From Bacteroidia bacterium (GTDB lineage: Bacteria; Bacteroidota; Bacteroidia; M30B66), in contig OZ257142.1 of the NCBI GenBank assembly GCA_965279035.1, positions 2,976,001-3,040,000 of the forward strand: a stretch of 64,000 bases of DNA, in the 5' to 3' direction. A program made the translations under genes and the position numbers. Positions 34,592 through 44,365 of this stretch are shown here, piece after piece; the stretch's first letter is position 1; every line of letters begins with the position of its first letter. The notes beneath the pieces were generated by a model. It saw only the letters and a program-made list of their open reading frames with translations, searched no databases and was not told where the DNA came from.

Positions 34592-37028
34592 TGCTTGTGT
34601 TACCCACCACATTACGCATGATGGATTCCACTGTTTCGCCAATTTCTACGTTTTCTATACATCGATACAGATGAGTATGATCTCCTTTTTGAAGACGAGC
34701 AAATAATTCGGTGTATTGTTTTGTGAGGCTGATAATAGTTTCTTTATCGAGCTCTTGTTTACGCTTTAAAATCACGTCTGGCGCAGCCCACAGGAAATAA
34801 TTAAATTCTGGTTTTTTAATAAATGGATAGAATTTTTCGGTGAATTTAGGATTTAATGCAATGTTACTTCTTCGACTATCATTGATAAAATCGAAGTAAT
34901 ATCGATCATAAAGCACAATGGTATTTTTTCTTACATAACGGAAATAAATAAACCACTGACCAAAAATATAATCGCAGAGGTAATAAGCAAAACGAATGAG
35001 TGATGAGATTTTACTTGAGTTTTGTCCTTGACGAGGTAAGGTAGAAACAGAGCGTTCTTCAGCTCCTTTTTTTCCATATTTCAAAGCACTGATAATAGGT
35101 AATATAGAAGGACGATGCCGAATAACAATAACGCGACGACGATGTTTCTTTTCGAGTTCTGTTTTAACAGCATCAATGATGGTTGATTTTCCAGCACCAT
35201 CAACTCCGCTGAATGTAATTAAGAATCCTTTTTCGCTGCGCATATTTTGAAGAATTTCGGTCCAATATCTGATTCTGTTTTTGATTTTAGAAAAACCTGA
35301 ATTTTCAGGACGATTTAAAACAGATTGAATAAGCTTCTTTTGCTCAATCTTATCAGGTTGATTGTGTGTCCAGATGAGATGTTTTTGAGGAATTAGAGCC
35401 CCATTGAGCGTGTAGAATAATAGCACATATTCCCTATTGGATTCTGGTGATGCATTGGAAATTCCATTGTGAGAAATGATTCTATTTTTAAGCACTTTCG
35501 AGGCATCCAAATATTCGATATGATTTCGTTTGAATTGAAATATGAAATCCAGATCGATTCTGCTACCATCCAATAAAATAACTTCCACCTGAAGCATTTT
35601 AATTAAATTCTTAATCACAACGTGTTTCACCCAAGAATGCTGTTTAAAAAAATCAATCATCTTTTGGGCATCAGCTCGGGTTGTGCACAAATCAATATCT
35701 GAATTTATTGGCGTATACGATAAATCGGGTAAATTGAATTTCAATAAGGCATATTCGAATGAAGAAATTTCCTTTTGAAAATCGATAAGGACAGATTTAC
35801 GAACTTCTTCATTTTGCACAGCAAGCAAATACTGAATGGATTGAGCCCAAGTTTCCAACAACCAGTTGACTTGCGTGTGCCATTTTTCTTGATTCGAATA
35901 TACATTCAGATAATAGGAACACACTCGATTGAGATAATGCATTTCGATGAGTGCCGGATGGATTTGATTGGATTTTAAAAACGAATCTACAGTAGGAATA
36001 GCAAGCATTTCCTGAATACGAGATCGGATTTGAGCAAAGGAAATTCGTTCAACTAAAATGGCTTGTTGATATACGTAATGAAAAAGATCTTCGAGAGGAA
36101 TTCCCTGTTCTTGATACATTTCCCAATCAAGAATCTGCAGTCGTTTGCCCAACATGCGGCAATTCCAAGGCGTGAAATCACCATGAACAGGAGCAGAATG
36201 AAACAAAGGATTGCTCAAACAAAATGATTGAAGTTTTGTAAAATCAACAATAAATTCAGGATTGAATTTTTTGGGATTTAAAGAAAATGTTTCAATCGTA
36301 GGTGATGTATTATTCAATCCACTCGAAACCCATTCAACAAAGCTCGAAACGTCCAATTGAGAAACTAAAGGTACTGATTTGGCAGATTCTCCTTTTAAAG
36401 AAGTTTGAGAAAAATTGGATGAATTATTTTTATTGATTGAAAAGGGATAATCAAAAAAACGTTCCGCCGAAGATGCTTTTAAATTGCTTAATGCTTTGTT
36501 CTCATTTCCGAGATTTTGTTTTGCAATTTCAGTGAAGGGGAATTTATCAAAAACAACATTTCCATTCTCATCGATTGTCCGCAAAATGGCTTTACGATTC
36601 GGTCCAACTGTACCAGTAAAAACTGCCCAAATTCGATTAGAAGGATCGCAATATTCAAAATCAGCTACTTGTATTATTCCTTGTTTAAAAAACCTGCCAA
36701 GTCCAAGTTTAAAGCTGAATTTTGCAGCTAAAACAAAGAGTTTACTTTTAAAATTTCCTTGATTATAAAAATGAATAAAATTAGGCTGAGAAGCATTTGC
36801 TGACCAAAGCCAACGGGTTGTTCCATCAGAATTATAAATACAATGAAAAGTGAGAATGGATTTGGAACTTGATTTTCGAATTAATCCAAAAGCTTTTAAT
36901 AATTCAATATCAAAATTTTTATCTTCTTTGAAAGAATTAATTGTTGTATCAAGTTTAACTTCAGAATGAAGTCTTTCATTTTCTGATGAAGCAGACATGT
37001 TAAATGAAAGAGATAGCGCCTTTTCCAT
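34548..37028 (-). CDS. Multidomain protein: APH/choline-kinase-like + nucleotidyltransferase-like + thymidylate-kinase-like P-loop
   Basis: HGDFTPWN..ILDWE (about 36185-36120); YALLK..SDIDL..RIDLDF (about 35755-35545); SGVDGAGKST..HRP..LYDRYYFD..KRKQEL (from about 35210). Confidence 0.75.
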   Translation of the reverse strand: MEKALSLSFNMSASSENERLHSEVKLDTTINSFKEDKNFDIELLKAFGLIRKSSSKSILTFHCIYNSDGTTRWLWSANASQPNFIHFYNQGNFKSKLFVLAAKFSFKLGLGRFFKQGIIQVADFEYCDPSNRIWAVFTGTVGPNRKAILRTIDENGNVVFDKFPFTEIAKQNLGNENKALSNLKASSAERFFDYPFSINKNNSSNFSQTSLKGESAKSVPLVSQLDVSSFVEWVSSGLNNTSPTIETFSLNPKKFNPEFIVDFTKLQSFCLSNPLFHSAPVHGDFTPWNCRMLGKRLQILDWEMYQEQGIPLEDLFHYVYQQAILVERISFAQIRSRIQEMLAIPTVDSFLKSNQIHPALIEMHYLNRVCSYYLNVYSNQEKWHTQVNWLLETWAQSIQYLLAVQNEEVRKSVLIDFQKEISSFEYALLKFNLPDLSYTPINSDIDLCTTRADAQKMIDFFKQHSWVKHVVIKNLIKMLQVEVILLDGSRIDLDFIFQFKRNHIEYLDASKVLKNRIISHNGISNASPESNREYVLLFYTLNGALIPQKHLIWTHNQPDKIEQKKLIQSVLNRPENSGFSKIKNRIRYWTEILQNMRSEKGFLITFSGVDGAGKSTIIDAVKTELEKKHRRRVIVIRHRPSILPIISALKYGKKGAEERSVSTLPRQGQNSSKISSLIRFAYYLCDYIFGQWFIYFRYVRKNTIVLYDRYYFDFINDSRRSNIALNPKFTEKFYPFIKKPEFNYFLWAAPDVILKRKQELDKETIISLTKQYTELFARLQKGDHTHLYRCIENVEIGETVESIMRNVVGNTSNETPIHSTHSSTKS

Positions 37029-38353
37029 CAGGTAGAACTAAGTTGAGATGATTGATCTGATTGAAGCCAGGCGTATTTCTTTTGTCGTATTTTCAATTTT
37101 ACACGTTCGCGAAGACTCAAGGTTTGAGGCAATTGCATGGTGATATAGAAAATTATTAATTGGTAAAATAAAATACCATAATTGGTTTCTCCAAAAATTC
37201 CAAACTCGGTAAAACTATTAATGAGAATTGGAATGAACATTCCTAAGATCATCAGTTTCTTATCGTTTACTTTCTCTGTAACAGTGGCTTTCAACGTAAA
37301 AAACAACTGAAATAAAACGATAGTAAATCCAATAAAACCTAAATTCATTAAAACTTGAATAAAGGTATTATGTGTCATTTGTCCGGCGTATGTGTGAACA
37401 CCTTGAAAATAGTCTTTATAGGCAATCCGCATAAAACCAAATCCGAGTAAAGGTTCTTTGGGCAAACCTTCTGTTATCAATGCTTGCCAAAAAGGTAAAC
37501 GACCAGTCATCGACATTACTTCATCTAAACCACCTGCATTTTCTTTTACAATCATTTTCTCCAATGCAAGCGGAATCGCCATAAAGGAAGAAGCATACAT
37601 GGCAATTTTTAATTTCACATTGGAGCTTTGTCGAATATGAAAAAATGCAATTAATAAAGCACCAATCGTACTTGATCGTGAACCAGTAAGAACCAATGCC
37701 CACAACAAAAGAAGCACTTTAATGATGGTCCATACTTTCCGATGATTTCGATATAAATTGAAAATTAGACAGGAAATTCCAACAGCGCAAAGCATTCCAA
37801 GTTCGTTTGGATTCATGAAAAATCCACCCAAACGCGCTTCTTCACCACCATGAGTAAGTCGGTAAAAATCATCTGGATTGATATACATGCCCACTAAGAA
37901 TATCAAAATCATCAGAAATACAGCATTACCTGCAACATGATATAATTTAATTCCACAATCGGGGAAATATCCATCGAGTAATATGAAACACTGAACAAAG
38001 AAGAAAGCGAAGATTAAACCTTCAAAATCCATGATCCACTGTAATGAGCTATAGCCCAAATTCGTAGACCAGAGAAAGGAAATTAATCCTAATGCTAAAT
38101 AGGCAGAATATAAAAACGGGCTTAATCCAAACTTCCAAGATATCTTGCTGGAAGCGCCATGAGCAACTATGTTGTTACGCACCCAAATGATTAACATGGT
38201 CATGCTAAATCGGGTGATGATTTTAATAATACGGGTGATATTGATGTTTTCGCTCCAAGTGAAAAATCCGGCGAGTTTAATAAACAAGATTATAAGCAGC
38301 AAGGTTTGCAGCCGTTTAAAAAATCTCAGTTTATCCTCTTCGGAACGTATCAT
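37028..38353 (-). CDS. wzy: Wzy polymerase / O-antigen ligase family
   Basis: About 12 TMs; RLGG..NPNELG, LTGSRS, TGRLPFW, PLLGFGF, HNTFIQVLMNLGFIG; operon context favours a polymerase. Confidence 0.8.
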   Translation of the reverse strand: MIRSEEDKLRFFKRLQTLLLIILFIKLAGFFTWSENINITRIIKIITRFSMTMLIIWVRNNIVAHGASSKISWKFGLSPFLYSAYLALGLISFLWSTNLGYSSLQWIMDFEGLIFAFFFVQCFILLDGYFPDCGIKLYHVAGNAVFLMILIFLVGMYINPDDFYRLTHGGEEARLGGFFMNPNELGMLCAVGISCLIFNLYRNHRKVWTIIKVLLLLWALVLTGSRSSTIGALLIAFFHIRQSSNVKLKIAMYASSFMAIPLALEKMIVKENAGGLDEVMSMTGRLPFWQALITEGLPKEPLLGFGFMRIAYKDYFQGVHTYAGQMTHNTFIQVLMNLGFIGFTIVLFQLFFTLKATVTEKVNDKKLMILGMFIPILINSFTEFGIFGETNYGILFYQLIIFYITMQLPQTLSLRERVKLKIRQKKYAWLQSDQSSQLSST

Positions 38354-39474
38354 ATACTCAAAGCACGTTGATAAATGGAATTAAAATCCTTGAGTATTTT
38401 TTTCCAGTTGAAGTTCGATTCAACCATAGCTCGAGAACGAATTTGAAGTTCTTGAGGAGCAGTATGAATGTACATTCTGTAGGAAGCAATGAGTCCTTCC
38501 AGCATTTCAATTTTGTTCGTATCCGAAATAACAATACCAGCTTTAGACTGACGGATTTCATCACCTAAATTAGTTGCTTCAGAAATTAAACACGGTATTC
38601 CCATAGAAGCTGCTTCGAGCACGGCTGTAGGCAGACCTTCATTACGACTTGGATGAACAAATAGATTCAATTGTGCAAGTAAACCATCCTTTTCGGCACC
38701 AAAGCGACTACCCCAAAACGTAATTTTTTCTTTAATCCCAAGTGTTTCTGCGCGTTGCTCAAGTGAGGTACGTTCGGGACCATCACCAATTATCCAAAGA
38801 TGGGCTGTAGGAACTTCATTCAGAAAGAGTGTAAAAGCGTCAAGTAAAACATCCAAACCTTTGGTATATACATCAACCCGTCCACAAAAACCAATGAGGT
38901 AATTGGAAGTCGCAGAATTTAAAATAGCTGCATGTTCGCCAAATAATTCAAATCCATAAGGAACACGTTGTATTTGAATGCCTTTTAATAAATGATTGAG
39001 TCCATCTGATTCGCTTTTACCTAATACGTGAACAATGGCAGCTTTTTGCAACATCGATTGTTCAAAGAGGCGAAAATAAATGGCTTTCGACATTCCACTT
39101 TTTCTCCAAGCGATGCGGTTGTAGCTTCCATGAGGAGTGAAAATAAATTTCTTACCATGCGCAGCTAAATAATTAGCGATTGAATAAAAAACGGGAATAA
39201 ATCCACCATGCAAATGAAAAACAACATCATCCGAAGTTTCCAAAATTGCAAGCTTCATGAATTCGGGAATAAAAAACGGAAATCTATACTTTTTAAAAAG
39301 TACAGTTTTAAAATTCCGTTCAGGATAATCGTGTTCAAGAGAATTGGAAATACCCCAAACCTGAACAGGGATGCCTGCTTTAGATTGTTCAGTAGCTAAA
39401 TTATAGACTACTTTATTCACCCCATTCATACGCTGAGGATTTACTTTTCCTAATGCGATATGGATAATTTCCAT
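38350..39474 (-). CDS. GT4 glycosyltransferase
   Basis: NGVNKVV, HLHG, TPHG, GRVDVYTKGLD, PSRNEGLPTAVLEA. Confidence 0.92.
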   Translation of the reverse strand: MEIIHIALGKVNPQRMNGVNKVVYNLATEQSKAGIPVQVWGISNSLEHDYPERNFKTVLFKKYRFPFFIPEFMKLAILETSDDVVFHLHGGFIPVFYSIANYLAAHGKKFIFTPHGSYNRIAWRKSGMSKAIYFRLFEQSMLQKAAIVHVLGKSESDGLNHLLKGIQIQRVPYGFELFGEHAAILNSATSNYLIGFCGRVDVYTKGLDVLLDAFTLFLNEVPTAHLWIIGDGPERTSLEQRAETLGIKEKITFWGSRFGAEKDGLLAQLNLFVHPSRNEGLPTAVLEAASMGIPCLISEATNLGDEIRQSKAGIVISDTNKIEMLEGLIASYRMYIHTAPQELQIRSRAMVESNFNWKKILKDFNSIYQRALSI

Positions 39475-40685
39475 GCGAAATGTTTTTTACGGTAAAGGAA
39501 GATGATCCAGATACTTGTCATTAATATTTGACTGAGCATCATTCCAGCAATGATACCGGCCGATTGATAAGTCCGAATAAGAAAACTTGCAGAAATTAAA
39601 ATCAGAACTAATGCAGCAGCATGTGCAATAAAATAAACATGATTATATCCTGAAGCACGAATTAAAACTCGAATTGGGTATGCAATTAGAATGAGGAAAT
39701 ACAATAAAGCAATCCAAAGATGAAGAGGTTCTGTTATTTCTTGAGGACTAATTAATTTAGCTAAGAATGGGAAGAACAAAGCTAAAAGCACCAATAATCC
39801 AGCAACAGGTAATAAAAAAGCTGCAGAGATTCTTAAAACAAATGAAGCTTTATCACCTGAACGTCCATTCCATGCCGCCACTTTAGGAACTGCGTAATTT
39901 TCGTATGCTTGAAGGAAAATATTTAACAATCCAAATAAATACTGTGTTAAACGAAGCAGTCCGAGTGCAGATGCGCTTATCCATGCTCCAGCAGCCATCA
40001 ATAAATAGTTGGAACTACTCCATTGAACTACCGAAGTAATCACCATCCATCCTGCTGTGGAAGCTGTTTTCTTGATGTAATATCCTTTCATTCGTCTTCC
40101 CGATGATGTAGGTTTGAGGATGAAAAGGAAAAGTAATCCAGTTAAAGAGGATCCTCCTAAAATGAGAAGAGCTTGTGCAGGGTGAGTAGGAGATAAAATT
40201 AAAATTGCCCCTCCAAATAAAAGCACATTTAATCCATCAATTATTAAAAGATTTAATCCTGGATAAAGGATAATACAGAGTTTACGAAGCAAATCAGATA
40301 TAAGCCAAATAAAAGAGACTAAAAATAATATTCCAAAATGCAAAGAAGGATTGTAAATGATTTGAAATAAAAACTCAAATATGATTGATAATATTATTGC
40401 AGAAGGAAATGCTAAAAATAGAATGGTTCCGGTGTATTTTCTTCTGGAAGTTTCTCCTAGTTTACCAAGGAAAACTTGTGCAGGTTGAATAAATAATGCT
40501 TGTTGAAATGACATCAATAACATCATTCCCAAATAAACTAATGCATAAGTTCCGTATCCTTCGAGTTGTAATTTCCAAGCAAGTAAAAAATTACTAAGAA
40601 AACCGGCAGCACTAATGAGCGATTGATCAGCTATAAGAAGCAATCGTGCATCTAAATTCCTCAGCCATGTGTATAAATTTTTCAT
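39450..40685 (-). CDS. wzx: Wzx-like flippase
   Basis: ADQSLISAAGFLSNFLLA..GYGTYAL N-terminus, about 12 TMs, position in a wza-wzc operon. Confidence 0.75.
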   Translation of the reverse strand: MKNLYTWLRNLDARLLLIADQSLISAAGFLSNFLLAWKLQLEGYGTYALVYLGMMLLMSFQQALFIQPAQVFLGKLGETSRRKYTGTILFLAFPSAIILSIIFEFLFQIIYNPSLHFGILFLVSFIWLISDLLRKLCIILYPGLNLLIIDGLNVLLFGGAILILSPTHPAQALLILGGSSLTGLLFLFILKPTSSGRRMKGYYIKKTASTAGWMVITSVVQWSSSNYLLMAAGAWISASALGLLRLTQYLFGLLNIFLQAYENYAVPKVAAWNGRSGDKASFVLRISAAFLLPVAGLLVLLALFFPFLAKLISPQEITEPLHLWIALLYFLILIAYPIRVLIRASGYNHVYFIAHAAALVLILISASFLIRTYQSAGIIAGMMLSQILMTSIWIIFLYRKKHFAWKLSISH

Positions 40686-42853
40686 CCTACAGATGGCTTT
40701 AATTTATGTTCAAATCGCAGTATTCTCTTACCCAAATCAAGGATTTTATTCAAACTAATTAATTTGGGATAATAACTTGAGCGATTGAGAACAATCTCTA
40801 ATTTGAGTCCCTGTAAGGTTTCGCTAATCTCGTTTGCTTGATCAACTTCTGTAGCTTTTGAATTTAGTGAGTCGATAACCAAAATGGTGCTTGAACAAGC
40901 AGATAAAATCAAAAACGATCTTGCCTCATGATCGAGTGTTCCTGGATCACAAAGAACACAATCGTACTGATTCAATTCATCCGATTTCCAAGTTTGATCT
41001 TCGTTTAATAAATGATCAATGAAAGCAGCATCATACAATTTTTTTGAATTTGAGTAAATAGTATTTTCCTCTGCATAAATAACGAGGACTTTTTTACCCA
41101 TTATTTGAAGAGCTGTGGCAATTCGATCGGTTATGAATTCCTTTTGATTCCCTGTGCGAACAGCTGTTAAACAAAGTATTTTATCTTTTCCAAAATATTC
41201 GTTTAACCATAAAACGGATGCCCATTGAGAAAAGAATAATTGTTCACTCATTCTATTCTTGAAAAATGGTATTGATTTAATAAAAGGCAATAAAGTTCTT
41301 TTCTGAATAAATTCTTCATCACCAATTGGAAATCGAACTTTAAATAATATGATGGAAAGTAATGTTCCAAATAGAAATGTCAAAAATGCAGCTAAAGCTT
41401 TGAAAAGACTTGGACTTGGCGATGTAGGAGTTGTAGGAACTTCTCCAAAATCGATAATTCTATGAAAGGACATTTTTGCAGCACGCGCAATCTCAGCTTC
41501 CGTTTTTTTCTCATGAAGGAAACGAAAAATAGATTCATTCATTTGGTTGCTTCGTTCCAATCCACCTAATGTTCGTTCACGTGTTGGTAGACCTACAAAA
41601 GAAGCTTCTGCATCCGCAATTTCTTCTTCTAAACTGCTTAATTTTATTTGTGTATTTGTTTTAGTATTATTAATACTCTCTTTAATATATTCTATAAGAT
41701 CATGAATATTCTCATCGATAATTTTCACCTTTTCATGATCAGGAGTATATTTTATGAGCATTTCTTTTTTCTCTGCTCTATATGTTTTTATCTTCTTTAC
41801 TAATTCGGTAGAGAGCAGGTCGTTAAACGCTTCAAAGTTCGGAGCTAGTTCTAAAAAGCGATCATCACCTTGATGTATATAATGATTAAGTGTATCAATT
41901 GCTGCCAAATTCATTCGGATATTGACTTGTTGTTTTTTCAAATCAGAAATCTTCCGTAAATCGGTTTCTGTTTCCTGGCGGATATTGATGATATTCTTAG
42001 AATTTCGATAAAATTCAATATTATTTTCAGAGCTATCTAATTCGTGAGCATATTGCTTCAATTGCTTGTCTAGAAATGTAACTGTAGTATCAGCAGTTAA
42101 ATATTTCGTTTCTTCAAAATCGCGGATATAACAGCTTGCAACTAGATTTACAACATCGTGAGCTTTTTGAGGAACAGGCGATTTATAACTTAATCGAATA
42201 ACTGGAACGTCTTTATCCATCGCCAATACATCCAAATTACTTCGAATTTCGGACACTAAACGTGACTTAGATCTTAAAACAAAACGGTAATTATCATCGA
42301 CTTGCATGCTAGGGCGTTTCTTCAAAAGCTCCTCATTTTTTAGAATGAGAATTTCAGAATTACCAACAGTAAGAGATCGACCTAATTTGCATTTAAACTG
42401 CTTTTCACCAGGTGTTGTTAAACTGTAATCATTTCCATGAATAATTAATTGGAATGGTCGATCTAACAATGAAGAATCATTAATTACCGTGAAAATTTTC
42501 AAAGGTGATTGATCGTACAATTCAGTCGAATGAATATCACCTACACGATAAATAATATAGGATTCAGGAAGATTGGCAGCAACTTTTTCAAGAATTGAAT
42601 TCGATTTAATTAATTCGATTTCAGCCGAAATTTTATTTTCAGTGGCGAAGTAATCAATATCATCGTAAAGATGCGAACCCGTTGGTCCTTGCTGATTATC
42701 GGCTAATTTAATTCGAGCGGTACTTTCGTATACTGGTGTAACATAGGAAACATATTTACCTGCAAGCCAAATTCCCAAGAAAACTAAAACCAACGTGAAA
42801 GGAAGTCCTCTCAAGAATGGTCGTAATGTGGAATTCATTTCTTTCGAAAACAT
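40682..42853 (-). CDS. wzc: Wzc/GumC polysaccharide co-polymerase with degenerate kinase domain
   Basis: TM-PVYESTARI..EIELIKS..coiled coil..YTPDH..FLHEKKTEAEI..IID..P..P-TM; cytoplasmic domain lacks an intact Walker A. Confidence 0.85.
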   Translation of the reverse strand: MFSKEMNSTLRPFLRGLPFTLVLVFLGIWLAGKYVSYVTPVYESTARIKLADNQQGPTGSHLYDDIDYFATENKISAEIELIKSNSILEKVAANLPESYIIYRVGDIHSTELYDQSPLKIFTVINDSSLLDRPFQLIIHGNDYSLTTPGEKQFKCKLGRSLTVGNSEILILKNEELLKKRPSMQVDDNYRFVLRSKSRLVSEIRSNLDVLAMDKDVPVIRLSYKSPVPQKAHDVVNLVASCYIRDFEETKYLTADTTVTFLDKQLKQYAHELDSSENNIEFYRNSKNIINIRQETETDLRKISDLKKQQVNIRMNLAAIDTLNHYIHQGDDRFLELAPNFEAFNDLLSTELVKKIKTYRAEKKEMLIKYTPDHEKVKIIDENIHDLIEYIKESINNTKTNTQIKLSSLEEEIADAEASFVGLPTRERTLGGLERSNQMNESIFRFLHEKKTEAEIARAAKMSFHRIIDFGEVPTTPTSPSPSLFKALAAFLTFLFGTLLSIILFKVRFPIGDEEFIQKRTLLPFIKSIPFFKNRMSEQLFFSQWASVLWLNEYFGKDKILCLTAVRTGNQKEFITDRIATALQIMGKKVLVIYAEENTIYSNSKKLYDAAFIDHLLNEDQTWKSDELNQYDCVLCDPGTLDHEARSFLILSACSSTILVIDSLNSKATEVDQANEISETLQGLKLEIVLNRSSYYPKLISLNKILDLGKRILRFEHKLKPSVG

Positions 42854-42855
42854 GG

Positions 42856-43605
42856 CTATTTAAATAATTGTGTTAAAACAACAATGGTGGTTAAAACACT
42901 AGTAACAGTCATGATATTGGCCGAACGTTTATCCCAAACTTTTCCTTTACGCGATGGAACATAAATGATATCTCCCGGTTTTACCGAAAGTTTATTCAAA
43001 TAGGCTTGATCTGGATCAGTTAAATCGACAGTGAGGGCGCGCAACGTATCGTTAACTACACGTGCAATTTGAATATTCCGTTTATCCGCATAAAAATCGA
43101 AATCGCCCGCTCTAGCTAAGCACTCGGCGAGAGTGTTTTGTTCTTTCTCCAAATTCATAAATCCGGGATTTTTCATTTCTCCCAAAATTGAAATTTGACG
43201 ATTTAAAACACGTAATCGAATAACAGGATTTACGATTGATTTCGCATAAATTTTTGTCAAGGAATCTTCTGCTTGACTCACTGTCATTCCTGCAATGTGG
43301 ACTTGTCCAACACGTGGTAAAGCAGCATAACCATCAGGATCAATTAACACCCAACGACCATATACTTCGTTTGCATTGTAAATTCCATATACCGAACCCA
43401 AACTCAAATCATCATGTCCTTGAATACTCAAGTTGATTTTATCGTCGGATTTAAGAATGTGTTCGTTTGTTGATGCTTTGAAAAACGCAGAACTATCTGC
43501 TGATGATTTCACTTCCGGATAACGAAGATTTTGTGTCCTACATGATGGAAACATCATAAGAACAAACAAAAATAGTAGAATACTCAGGAAGGAAAGGTGT
43601 TTCAT
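42856..43605 (-). CDS. wza: Polysaccharide export outer-membrane lipoprotein
   Basis: FPSC lipobox; IDPDGYAALPRVGQVHIAGMT, ILGEMKNPG, LARAGD, KPGDIIYVP. Confidence 0.9.
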   Translation of the reverse strand: MKHLSFLSILLFLFVLMMFPSCRTQNLRYPEVKSSADSSAFFKASTNEHILKSDDKINLSIQGHDDLSLGSVYGIYNANEVYGRWVLIDPDGYAALPRVGQVHIAGMTVSQAEDSLTKIYAKSIVNPVIRLRVLNRQISILGEMKNPGFMNLEKEQNTLAECLARAGDFDFYADKRNIQIARVVNDTLRALTVDLTDPDQAYLNKLSVKPGDIIYVPSRKGKVWDKRSANIMTVTSVLTTIVVLTQLFK

Positions 43606-43607
43606 GC

Positions 43608-44060
43608 TTAAAACATTTTGGTAATAGAAGACAAAATGCCAGCAAAACTGCGCTTACGACGAAGTTGAATTTCTCTCAAGTAATTGTTCAAACGTGTAAT
43701 TACTTCTGTTAAATGATCAAGGTCATTATCGTCTTTTATGATATAGTCGAAAGCTCCGTATTTAAGAGCGTCCACAGCTGTTTTCATGTCTTTCTGAGCC
43801 GACAAATAAATCACAGGAATATCAGGATTCTGACGTTTAATTTTTTTCAATACTTCCAATCCATCAAAAGGCTGCATCGAATGGTCGATAATAACGGCAT
43901 CCGGTTCATCCATTAATTGATTTAAGAAATCCTGACTATCTTCAAATAAACGAACTTCTTTCACGCCAATATTGCGAATATGTCGCTCGTACATCGCAAG
44001 GCAATGAGGATCATCGTCGAGTAAAAAAATACTGTTCAGAATTTGCGTATTCGTTTTCAT
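43608..44060 (-). CDS. Single-domain response regulator (receiver only)
   Basis: FLLDDDP, IIDHSM, DGLEVLKKIK, LSAQKDMKTAVDALKYGAFDYIIK; no output domain. Confidence 0.9.
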   Translation of the reverse strand: MKTNTQILNSIFLLDDDPHCLAMYERHIRNIGVKEVRLFEDSQDFLNQLMDEPDAVIIDHSMQPFDGLEVLKKIKRQNPDIPVIYLSAQKDMKTAVDALKYGAFDYIIKDDNDLDHLTEVITRLNNYLREIQLRRKRSFAGILSSITKMF

Positions 44061-44179
44061 AAGATGGTATTTGTTGATGGTTGGTTAGATTTAAATCCAC
44101 TTGAAATAATAATGAACATAGTGAGATTCGGCTGTTGAGCTGTTGCTTTTAATTCGAATAAATCAACGAATGTGTCCAT
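44057..44179 (-). CDS. Possible 40-aa leader ORF
   Basis: MDTFVDLFELKATAQQPNLTMFIIISSGFKSNQPSTNTIL*; its stop overlaps the regulator start (ATGA). Confidence 0.3.
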   Translation of the reverse strand: MDTFVDLFELKATAQQPNLTMFIIISSGFKSNQPSTNTIL

Positions 44180-44365
44180 GATTAATTAGGGAATCTTGTT
44201 GAGTGTTTACGCCTAAGTAGTATGTGAGTTACTCGCTATGTAAGTTCAAAATAGAAACAAGGTTAAATTTGAACACCCTCTAATCTTCTGTAAAATAACT
44301 TTATTACAACTATCTGATATTCAAATTATAATAAGATAAAATAATTAGAATTTGTAGATATTAAA

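Noticed and set aside
34548-35230. Housekeeping thymidylate kinase (tmk)
   Set aside because: It is the C-terminal domain of an 826-aa fusion in an EPS operon, with SGVDG and HRP rather than EGxDG and REP.
44240-44262. sigma54 -24/-12 promoter for the EPS operon (minus strand TTGTTTCTATTTTGAA)
   Set aside because: Lacks the invariant GG at -24; too weak to call.
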